Shown here one piece after another: positions 57,101 to 64,000 of a DNA stretch of 64,000 nucleotides (position 1 is its first letter; the number at the start of each line of letters is the position of its first letter). Location: positions 16,897-80,896 of the forward strand of contig JAKUPZ010000006.1 in NCBI GenBank assembly GCA_022449765.1. The letters run 5' to 3'. This DNA comes from Dehalococcoidia bacterium (GTDB lineage Bacteria > Chloroflexota > Dehalococcoidia > Lucifugimonadales > Australimonadaceae). The translations under genes and the position numbers were made by a program. The notes under the pieces are model-generated. The model made no database searches. It had not been told where the DNA came from and saw only the letters and a program-made list of their open reading frames with translations.

Positions 57101-57460
57101 CGTTCCTAATAATCTGACTCCATACTGATCAAGAATGCCTGCTTCATCAAGCGAGACTGCAAGATTAAGTCCAGTTTGTCCTCCAAGAGTCGGCAGAAGA
57201 CCATCAGGCTTCTCTCTTTGAATTACCCTCTCTATTACCTCTACTGTTAGAGGTTCAATGTATACAGCATCTGCAATCTCTTTATCCGTCATAATAGTGG
57301 CCGGATTAGAATTAACTAAGACGACAGAAATTCCTTCTTCTCTAAGTGCCTTGCATGCCTGTGTACCTGCGTAGTCGAATTCAGCAGCTTGGCCAATTAC
57401 TATCGGACCGCTTCCGATAACAAGCACTTTTCTTATATCTCTATTTGCCGTTTGCGTCAT
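54143..57460 (-). CDS. carB: carbamoyl-phosphate synthase large subunit
   Basis: 1105 aa with duplicated ATP-grasp halves. The N-terminus is [25 protein letters not shown] and the repeat is [20 protein letters not shown]. Confidence 0.95.
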   Translation of the reverse strand: [1105 protein letters not shown]

Positions 57461-58527
57461 TTCTGCACCAACTCAATGAACTGATCAAATATATATGCGT
57501 TATCCAACGGACCCGGTGCAGCTTCTGAGTGGTACTGGATCGAAACGATTGGCAGCTCTTCGTGCCTTATACCTTCAATGGTTCCATCATTTAGATTTTT
57601 ATGCGTAACAATTAGACCTGCAGGCAAATCAGTTTCATCAACTGCATACCCATGATTTTGTGCAGTTATATAAACTTTGCCCGAATTAAGATCTTGGACG
57701 GGATGGTTACCACCTCTATGTCCAAATTTCAATTTATAGGTGCTTGCACCAAGAGCGCGTGCAATTATTTGATGACCTAGGCATATCCCGAGGGTTGGAA
57801 TTTTTCGGACTATAGAACTAGCGGTTGCAACTGTTCCCTGGTTATGCACAGGGTCACCTGGTCCTGGCGAAAAAACCACGCCATCTGGATTAATATTGAG
57901 AATTTCATCAGAAGAAACATTTGAGGGGAATACGTGAATTTTGCAGTTACGTATAGCCAGGTTCCTTAGTATGTTGTACTTCACGCCGCAATCGACTAAT
58001 GCAATTTTTAAGGCACCTTCATTGTTCCAGATATATTCGTTTGCCGTAGTAACTCTTTCAACAAAATTAACAGTATCGTAAGCGGGGCTGTTGGATAATT
58101 CTTCAAAAGCTTCTTGAGGGTTACCGGTAGTAACCATTCCCATCATTACGCCTTCCGAACGAATGCGTCGAGTAATAGCCCTCGTATCAACACCGGAAAG
58201 ACCAGGAATACCGCGTTCTTTCAAATAGTCGGATAGCGTATTTTGTACATCAAAATGACTTGGTGTGGGTGAATGGCTTCTAATTACAAAAGATGCTACT
58301 TGAATTTTGGATGATTCCTCGTAACTCTGGTTCACTCCGTAATTCCCCTGCATTGGGTAAGTAGGAATAACAATCTGCCCAGCGTATGAAGGATCAGTCA
58401 GAATTTCTTGATACCCGGACATACTAGTATTAAATACTACTTCACCGTAAGCATTACCTTCTGATCCATATGAAATCCCTTGATATATCGACCCATCGCT
58501 TAAAACTAAGTAACCCTTTTTAGTCAT
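57457..58527 (-). CDS. carA: carbamoyl-phosphate synthase small (glutaminase) subunit
   Basis: The N-terminus is GYLVLSDGSIYQG and the class-I amidotransferase motif is GICLGHQ. I prefer the ATG at 58527, which overlaps the pyrC stop by 8 nt. Confidence 0.9.
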   Translation of the reverse strand: MTKKGYLVLSDGSIYQGISYGSEGNAYGEVVFNTSMSGYQEILTDPSYAGQIVIPTYPMQGNYGVNQSYEESSKIQVASFVIRSHSPTPSHFDVQNTLSDYLKERGIPGLSGVDTRAITRRIRSEGVMMGMVTTGNPQEAFEELSNSPAYDTVNFVERVTTANEYIWNNEGALKIALVDCGVKYNILRNLAIRNCKIHVFPSNVSSDEILNINPDGVVFSPGPGDPVHNQGTVATASSIVRKIPTLGICLGHQIIARALGASTYKLKFGHRGGNHPVQDLNSGKVYITAQNHGYAVDETDLPAGLIVTHKNLNDGTIEGIRHEELPIVSIQYHSEAAPGPLDNAYIFDQFIELVQK

Positions 58528-59866
58528 TAGGCATATCTTCGTAAGCAATTTGGCCATTAGCTATTGTTAATTTCACTTTACCTCTTAATTCTGAAGACTC
58601 TAAAGGCGTATTTTTACCCTTAGAGTTAAATTTATTTGTATTAACAGTCCATTTTTCCTCAGTATCAATCAACACGATATCCGCAAAACTACCTGTCCCG
58701 AGATGTGATAGTCCGTTATATTTCGCGCCTAATACAGACGCAGGACCAACAGTAAGGCGATGAACCAAATCCGGTAGTTTAATGATATTCGCGTGAACAA
58801 GAGTCATTAATGAACCAAATGCTGTTTCTAAAACTGAAATCCCCACCGAAGCCTGATCAAAAGGAACTGCTTTGTCCCCAAAAGTATGAGGGGCATGATC
58901 AGTCGCAATCGCATCAATAGTCCCATCCTTCAATCCCTCTATGAGCTTCTCTCTGTCATGATGGGTGCGTAATGGAGGGCTGACTTTTGCTCTTGTGTCA
59001 TATGCATTTGCAGTAATAATCTCAAGATTAGAATAGTCATCTTTCTCACCTAGGATCCAATCCTCAGTCATTGTCAAATGATGAGGAGTAACTTCAGCAG
59101 TTACATGTACGCCTCGAGACTTGGCGCTCCTGACTAGATCGACTCCACCAGAGGTACTAATGTGCGCAATATGAAGGTGTGAACCTGTATGTTCAGCAAT
59201 TGCTATATCACGAGCTATGATCGATTCTTCTGCCGCAGACGGATAACCCTGTAATCCCAGTCGGTAAGAAACTTTGCCTTCGTGTATACCCAGCCCTTTA
59301 GTCATTGAATAGTCTTCACAATGATCCATGACCGGAAGTTTTAAATCGCTCGCATAACGTAAAGCCATTTCCATTAAATGCCCAGATTGAACAGGGCTTC
59401 CATCATCAGTGAAACCTACTACGCCTGCACTAGCTAGTTCTTCCATATCAGTTAACTCCACCCCGTTTCGGCCTTTAGAAACTGCTCCGAAACAAAACAC
59501 TCGGATCGGACCAGCTTTACTTGCCTGCAGTGTGATGTAGTCAACTACATGCGCAGAATCTATTGCGGGGTTCGTGTTAGGCATTGCGCAAATTGTGGTA
59601 AATCCCCCAGCTGCAGCAGCTGATGTACCACTAGATATAGATTCCTTATCTTCAAAACCGGGCTCTCGAAGGTGAGTATGAATGTCTATAAACCCTGGGG
59701 TGACCACTAGACCCGAAGCGTCAATTACTTTCGCAAGCGTGGCATCAAACTCTTCCCCTGAGACAATTTTATCGCCATGGATAAAAATATCTCTTATTGA
59801 ATCTTCTTCATTTAAAGGGTCGATAATACGACCGCCTTTAATCACCAATCGATCCGGTGTCTTCAT
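58520..59866 (-). CDS. pyrC: dihydroorotase
   Basis: It has PGFIDIHTHLREPG, ATDHAPH, and the amidohydrolase fold. Confidence 0.9.
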   Translation of the reverse strand: MKTPDRLVIKGGRIIDPLNEEDSIRDIFIHGDKIVSGEEFDATLAKVIDASGLVVTPGFIDIHTHLREPGFEDKESISSGTSAAAAGGFTTICAMPNTNPAIDSAHVVDYITLQASKAGPIRVFCFGAVSKGRNGVELTDMEELASAGVVGFTDDGSPVQSGHLMEMALRYASDLKLPVMDHCEDYSMTKGLGIHEGKVSYRLGLQGYPSAAEESIIARDIAIAEHTGSHLHIAHISTSGGVDLVRSAKSRGVHVTAEVTPHHLTMTEDWILGEKDDYSNLEIITANAYDTRAKVSPPLRTHHDREKLIEGLKDGTIDAIATDHAPHTFGDKAVPFDQASVGISVLETAFGSLMTLVHANIIKLPDLVHRLTVGPASVLGAKYNGLSHLGTGSFADIVLIDTEEKWTVNTNKFNSKGKNTPLESSELRGKVKLTIANGQIAYEDMPND

Positions 59867-60864
59867 TCCTGTAAATCTCCCATATTTCCCATTAAAAGTC
59901 CGTTTAAGAGTGCCATTCGAATGGCCACTCCATTGGTTACCTGCTCCTCTATTTGTGCTTTATCACTGTGTGCGAGTGAGGACGCGATCTCAATTCCTTC
60001 GTTGAGAGGGCCAGGGTGCATTAATAATGCGCCAGGATTAGCCCTTTGGTATCTCTCATCCGTGATCATCCATCTACGCGTATATTCACGCATACTTGGT
60101 AAAACTCCTGACTGCTGCCTTTCCTTCTGAATTCGGAGAGCCACAATCACATCCGCAGACTCTATAGCAACATCTAAATTAGGTTCTAACCTAACTTGGG
60201 ACAGTGCTTTTCCAGACTGCGCAAGTACTTTATTAAATGGGGTCATTGTCGGAGGGCCAGAAAGTACTATTGAAGCGCCTAAAGCTCTCAGTCCTAGAAT
60301 GTCAGATCTGACAACTCTGCTATAGAGAGAATCTCCTACAAAAACTACTTTCTTACCTTCCATATCACCTAAATGCATTCTCATTGTCATGAGATCTAGA
60401 AGTGCTTGGGTAGGATGAGCATGAGCACCATCTCCTGCATTTATAACCTTAATATGCTGGAGGTTACGGGCAAGAAAATACGGAGTTCCTGCTTCTGGGC
60501 TACGTATGACCATTAAATCTGCTCGCATTGACTGCAAAGTCTTCGCAGTGTTGAGTAATGATTCACCTTTCTCAACACTACTGCCCGAACCAGAAATGTT
60601 GATTACGTCGGCGCTGAGCATTTTGCCTGCTTGCTCAAACGAAACCCTAGTACGCGTGCTTGGCTCTAGGAATACCGTCAACACAACCTTTCCCCTCAAT
60701 GCGGGAACTTTTTTAATATCACGATGCAGTATTTCACGCATGGATTGAGCCGAGTCAAGGATTTCTATAATTTCTTCCTTCGAGAAATCATCAAGATCCA
60801 AAACATGTCTCCGAGATTGAAGTGGGCGTACGCTCCGACTGTTAGATAAATCTCGTGAACTCAT
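59863..60864 (-). CDS. pyrB: aspartate carbamoyltransferase catalytic subunit
   Basis: It has STRTR, HPTQ and HPGP motifs, and overlaps both pyrR and pyrC by 4 nt. Confidence 0.9.
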   Translation of the reverse strand: MSSRDLSNSRSVRPLQSRRHVLDLDDFSKEEIIEILDSAQSMREILHRDIKKVPALRGKVVLTVFLEPSTRTRVSFEQAGKMLSADVINISGSGSSVEKGESLLNTAKTLQSMRADLMVIRSPEAGTPYFLARNLQHIKVINAGDGAHAHPTQALLDLMTMRMHLGDMEGKKVVFVGDSLYSRVVRSDILGLRALGASIVLSGPPTMTPFNKVLAQSGKALSQVRLEPNLDVAIESADVIVALRIQKERQQSGVLPSMREYTRRWMITDERYQRANPGALLMHPGPLNEGIEIASSLAHSDKAQIEEQVTNGVAIRMALLNGLLMGNMGDLQE

Positions 60865-61418
60865 AATAGAGCAAGCTCCGGTTGGTTATCTTCAATCAAG
60901 ACAACTTCTTCAGTACCATCATATTCATCGACCCTGACCTGGATTGTTTGGTTCTGAGTAGTAGGAATATTTTTCCCTACGTAATCAGCTCGAATTGGTA
61001 ACTCTCGATGTCCTCTGTCTACCATGACTGCAAGCTGAATCAAGCTTGGCCGGCCTAAATCAATCAGAGCATTCAATGCTGCTCGAGATGTTCTGCCTGT
61101 GTAAAAAACGTCGTCGACTAAAATTGCTATCTTGTCGTCAATCTTTACTGGTAGTTTAGTTGGATGTATAAGCGGGAGGGGGCGTTGTGATAAATCATCT
61201 CTATAAAAATTGATGTCCAGGGATCCGACGGGAACTTTAAATCCTTCGAAGGACTCAATTGCTTGAGACAACCTGTTTGCAAGTGGTACACCGCGACGCT
61301 GTAAGCCAACGAGCAGAATATCTGAAGAGTTTTGATTTCGTTCAACGATCTCATGTGCAATACGCATGAGAGTTCTACTCATGTCGTAACTCGACATTAT
61401 TTGAGTTTCGTTGCTCAA
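60861..61418 (-). CDS. pyrR: bifunctional pyr operon attenuation regulator and uracil phosphoribosyltransferase PyrR
   Basis: It has RIAHEIVERN and the PRPP motif ILVDDVFYTGRT. The TTG start at 61418 is preceded by AAGAGG. The ATG at 61397 is an alternative. Confidence 0.85.
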   Translation of the reverse strand: MSNETQIMSSYDMSRTLMRIAHEIVERNQNSSDILLVGLQRRGVPLANRLSQAIESFEGFKVPVGSLDINFYRDDLSQRPLPLIHPTKLPVKIDDKIAILVDDVFYTGRTSRAALNALIDLGRPSLIQLAVMVDRGHRELPIRADYVGKNIPTTQNQTIQVRVDEYDGTEEVVLIEDNQPELALL

Positions 61419-61515
61419 AAAAAACCTCTTACCCGAACGGCAAGAGGTGACATATAAAAAAGACTATTTTTCAAAATCTCACCTTGCCAGCCTCACAGGA
61501 CTGATTTAAAGGTAT
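61417..61515 (-). promoter_or_regulatory. PyrR-binding attenuator (binding loop, antiterminator, terminator) in the pyr operon leader
   Basis: - The minus-strand RNA reads CCUUUAAAUCAGUCCUGUGAGGCUGGCAAGG, which matches the PyrR box UCC-GAGAGGCU-GCAAGG.
- A terminator follows: CCUCUUGCC-GUUC-GGGUAAGAGG plus U8.
- GGCAAGGUGA can alternatively pair with UCACCUCUUGCC to form the antiterminator. Confidence 0.7.
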
Positions 61516-61555
61516 GTCAATTATGCAACTTACTACCGGATACTGCAAGTAGTAT

Positions 61556-61972
61556 TTACGAAAAAATTCTCCGAGCTACAGTACTAGTTGCAATCGATGC
61601 AACTAATGTTGCGGTGATCCAGGTAACAGCAGCAGGAGCGTTGGTAGTCAAACTTGCAAACATCCCAATCACCCCAGTACTCCCTACTGCTAATTCAAAA
61701 GGAGCATCTAGAATCCAATGCCCAATTAAATTTTTTCTCGGGTCTACTCGATCATAATGACCAAAATATCGTCCGTGATATTCACGAATGTGTAGACCTT
61801 CTGGGCCACGCCATTGCCTAGAAGCACCAAACGCCCAACCAATTTTAGTACGCTCACAATCTATAGGAATTTCGGATAGCTCAAAGTCAACACCAAATGG
61901 GTAAGGTGGAAGAAGATCAGAACGATCGTAATTCAAGTCGCCGTAATATTCCGAAACATCAGACTGGGTCAT
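61556..61972 (-). CDS. hypothetical protein with a C-terminal hydrophobic segment
   Basis: 138-aa ORF. The C-terminus GSTGVIGMFASLTTNAPAAVTWITATLVASIATS is hydrophobic. I recognised no family. Confidence 0.4.
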   Translation of the reverse strand: MTQSDVSEYYGDLNYDRSDLLPPYPFGVDFELSEIPIDCERTKIGWAFGASRQWRGPEGLHIREYHGRYFGHYDRVDPRKNLIGHWILDAPFELAVGSTGVIGMFASLTTNAPAAVTWITATLVASIATSTVARRIFS

Positions 61973-62207
61973 GGTTCCTTTTCTTCAATCGGTGCTACCC
62001 GTACATCGCATCGTCCGTACGAATCATACAATGCTAGATAAGAGTCTTCTGGTTAATTTAGTTAACGTACTAGTACGTATGTTAACTTCTCTTATAGTCT
62101 AACCAAATTCCCTCAGTATTTGAACTGTTTCTGCCACATTTTTATGACTCATTGCTAAAATGGTCATATCCAAAGGTAGTTATAGGGTTAAGAGGTGATA
62201 CGTATCC

Positions 62208-63125
62208 ATGATTAATTCAAAAATAGGAATCGCTGCTCCTCATATATTCCCGGAGGGAAAAGTAGATACCTCTTTCATAAATCGTTATGTAGAAATGGTA
62301 GAAAGTCTCGGTTACCAAAGCCTGTGGACTCAAGAGCGGATTATTGGAAAGCCTAACGCAATTCACCCTACAAGCTTTCTAGCGTATTTAGCAGGAAAAA
62401 CCTCTACCGTAAAACTGGGTGTTTCCGTCCTAGTGTTACCACGGCATAATGCTGTACACCTTGCGAAGCTAATGGCAGATATAGATTGCCTTAGCGGAGG
62501 CAGATTAATTTTGGGCGTAGGCCTAGGGAATAGTGCAGATGAGCTACCCATATACGGGGTCAATTCAGAAAAAAGGCTCAGTCGGTTCATAGAACAAGTG
62601 AATGTGATTAAATCCTTGTGGACTGAAAGTGAAGTTAATTTTAAAGGCCAATTCCATGATCTCAGTGGGGTAATGGTCAACCCAAAGCCGCTACAGGAAC
62701 CTCACCCACCCATATGGTTTGGAGCAAATGCAGACCCAGCAATCAGAAGGTCAGTTAGGATGGCGGATGGTTGGATGGGTGCAGGAAGTTCCTCTCTAGA
62801 AGATTTCCCGCGAAAGCTCAAATTGGTAAAAGATTACATGGAGGAAGAAAAAAGAGATCCTTCTACATTTCCTATCTCCAAAAGGCTTTACTTAGCAATT
62901 GATGAAAATGAATCTCGTGCCCAATCCCGGCTAAGAGAATGGTTCGGATATTATTATGGCAGGCCTGACAACGCAGACCATGCAGCTATATGGGGAAGCG
63001 AAGCAAAAATCAAAGAATTACTACATCAATGGTCAGAATTAGGTACAGATGAGTTCCTACTCAATCCAGTTTTTGACCTTGAAAAACACGCTGAGCAATT
63101 AGCAAGAATAACGGGTTTAATTTAG
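62208..63125 (+). CDS. LLM class F420-dependent oxidoreductase
   Basis: It has LLM motifs (YQSLWTQER, VLPRHN, GRLILGVGLG, PIWFGA, MADGW). An F420:NADPH reductase gene follows 7 nt downstream. Confidence 0.75.
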   Translation: MINSKIGIAAPHIFPEGKVDTSFINRYVEMVESLGYQSLWTQERIIGKPNAIHPTSFLAYLAGKTSTVKLGVSVLVLPRHNAVHLAKLMADIDCLSGGRLILGVGLGNSADELPIYGVNSEKRLSRFIEQVNVIKSLWTESEVNFKGQFHDLSGVMVNPKPLQEPHPPIWFGANADPAIRRSVRMADGWMGAGSSSLEDFPRKLKLVKDYMEEEKRDPSTFPISKRLYLAIDENESRAQSRLREWFGYYYGRPDNADHAAIWGSEAKIKELLHQWSELGTDEFLLNPVFDLEKHAEQLARITGLI

Positions 63126-63132
63126 GAGACTC

Positions 63133-63783
63133 ATGAAACAAATAGCAATCATTGGAGGGACAGGCCCCGAGGGCAAAGGATTAGCTCTTCGATTTGGAAT
63201 AGCTGGGCACCAAGTAATTTTAGGTTCAAGAAATCAATCTCGTGCTGAAGAAGCGGCGGCAGAAATCACCAGCTTAGCATCAGGTATTTTAGTGACTGGA
63301 GCCAGTAATGAGGAGGCTGTTTCAAAAAGTGAAATAGTAATCCTTTCAGTCCCTTTTGAAGGATTAAAGCCCGTATCTACAACATTAGAGCCTTTAACTA
63401 GAGGCAAATTAATCATTAGCATCATTGCTCCATTAGAATTTTCTGCTGGCCAAATGCACGCAGTTAATGTAGAGGAAGGGTCCGCAGGCGAGTTAACAAG
63501 CATCCTTTTTCCTGAATCTCCCATTGCGGCCGCTTTCCAAAATTTGAGTGCCCGGGACCTACTCAATCCTGCACTTGAATTACATGGAGACGTAGCTATC
63601 TGCAGTAGCTCTGAAGCAGTGATGAGCCAAGTTTCTAGCTTAGTATCTGATATTCCTAAGTTAAGGCCTGTAAATGCAGGTCCTTTATCGAACTCACGTT
63701 ACATTGAAGAGCTAACTGCATTGTTAATCAACTTGAACAAATTGCATAAAACACATAGCACTATTCAATTCTTGGGTATTTAG
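63133..63783 (+). CDS. npdG: NADPH-dependent F420 reductase (NpdG/Fno family)
   Basis: The N-terminus is IAIIGGTGPEGKGLALRFGIAGHQVILGSR. The size (216 aa) and overall pattern match F420:NADP+ oxidoreductases. Confidence 0.7.
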   Translation: MKQIAIIGGTGPEGKGLALRFGIAGHQVILGSRNQSRAEEAAAEITSLASGILVTGASNEEAVSKSEIVILSVPFEGLKPVSTTLEPLTRGKLIISIIAPLEFSAGQMHAVNVEEGSAGELTSILFPESPIAAAFQNLSARDLLNPALELHGDVAICSSSEAVMSQVSSLVSDIPKLRPVNAGPLSNSRYIEELTALLINLNKLHKTHSTIQFLGI

Positions 63784-63785
63784 TT

Positions 63786-64000
63786 TTAATTATTAGGGAA
63801 TTGAGTACCTGCGACTACATAACCAACAGCCGCAAGCTGTAGTTTGATGGCTTCTGGTGTAATTGAGGATTCATCATAGCTGACTGAAAGCGTAAGCGAC
63901 TCAAGGTCGCCAGCAACTAAAGAAATACCTGGGAAATTTTCTAAAACGCTTTTGAGTGAATCTATGCAGCCATCACAATGAAGGGCTGGTATGTCAAAAA
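63786..64000 (-). CDS. heavy-metal-associated (HMA) domain protein, C-terminal part (5' end outside the window)
   Basis: The minus-strand translation is ...FDIPALHCDGCIDSLKSVLENFPGISLVAGDLESLTLSVSYDESSITPEAIKLQLAAVGYVVAGTQFPNN*, with a CxxC metal-binding motif. It is not in the ORF track because it has no start within the window. Confidence 0.6.
   Translation of the reverse strand, partial: FDIPALHCDGCIDSLKSVLENFPGISLVAGDLESLTLSVSYDESSITPEAIKLQLAAVGYVVAGTQFPNN

Overview
This is a gene-dense chromosomal segment in which nearly all of the sequence is coding. The largest non-coding gaps are about 350 nt (4319..4667) and 400 nt (47371..47777). I saw no transposase, integrase, phage gene, CRISPR array or rRNA.

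Recognisable content, in order:
- The 3' end of a TctA-type transporter gene.
- Several luciferase-like (LLM, probably F420-dependent) oxidoreductases and argC.
- SprT-like, endonuclease III-like, histidine phosphatase and rimI genes.
- A heterodimeric ABC exporter pair.
- An operon holding an amidase, a histidine phosphatase, an aldo/keto reductase and an EutA-like gene.
- A TctC/Bug-like lipoprotein, osmC, msrA and a D-aminoacylase-like amidohydrolase.
- A tandem DUF427 gene interrupted by one in-frame TGA.
- A NiCoT-like metal transporter.
- Three paralogous Rieske oxygenases, a Gfo/Idh/MocA oxidoreductase, NIPSNAP and ruvB.
- An acyl-CoA mutase large subunit and an amidohydrolase-2 gene.
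- An Lrp/AsnC regulator, an SDR and a tiny Tat-signal protein.
- A complete Alternative Complex III cluster (actA, B1, B2, C, F, D, E), followed directly by ccmH and ccmF and two uncharacterised membrane proteins.
- An orphan ABC ATPase, a HAD hydrolase, an MFS transporter, DUF951 and pyrF.
- A second endonuclease III-like gene, an MTHFR-like gene and a bicupin.
- A pyrimidine operon (PyrR attenuator, pyrR, pyrB, pyrC, carA, carB) ending in an unusual long hpt.
- An LLM plus F420:NADPH reductase pair and a partial HMA-domain gene.
- Four tRNAs: Glu-UUC, Gln-UUG, Gly-GCC and Phe-GAA.

The gene content (ACIII, many LLM and Rieske paralogues, Tct components) fits a marine Chloroflexota or SAR202-like genome. 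That placement is inference only.

The most interesting observation is the DUF427 gene. Its single in-frame UGA replaces the family's conserved Cys and is followed by a stem-loop, which is the classic signature of a bacterial selenoprotein. Secondary leads are:
- a long structured leader or ncRNA region at 4319..4667;
- an hpt carrying a 200-aa N-terminal nuclease-like extension;
- an orphan EutA-like ATPase operon;
- a Tat-signal mini-protein coupled to a signal-less SDR;
- lineage-specific features of the ACIII/ccm cluster.
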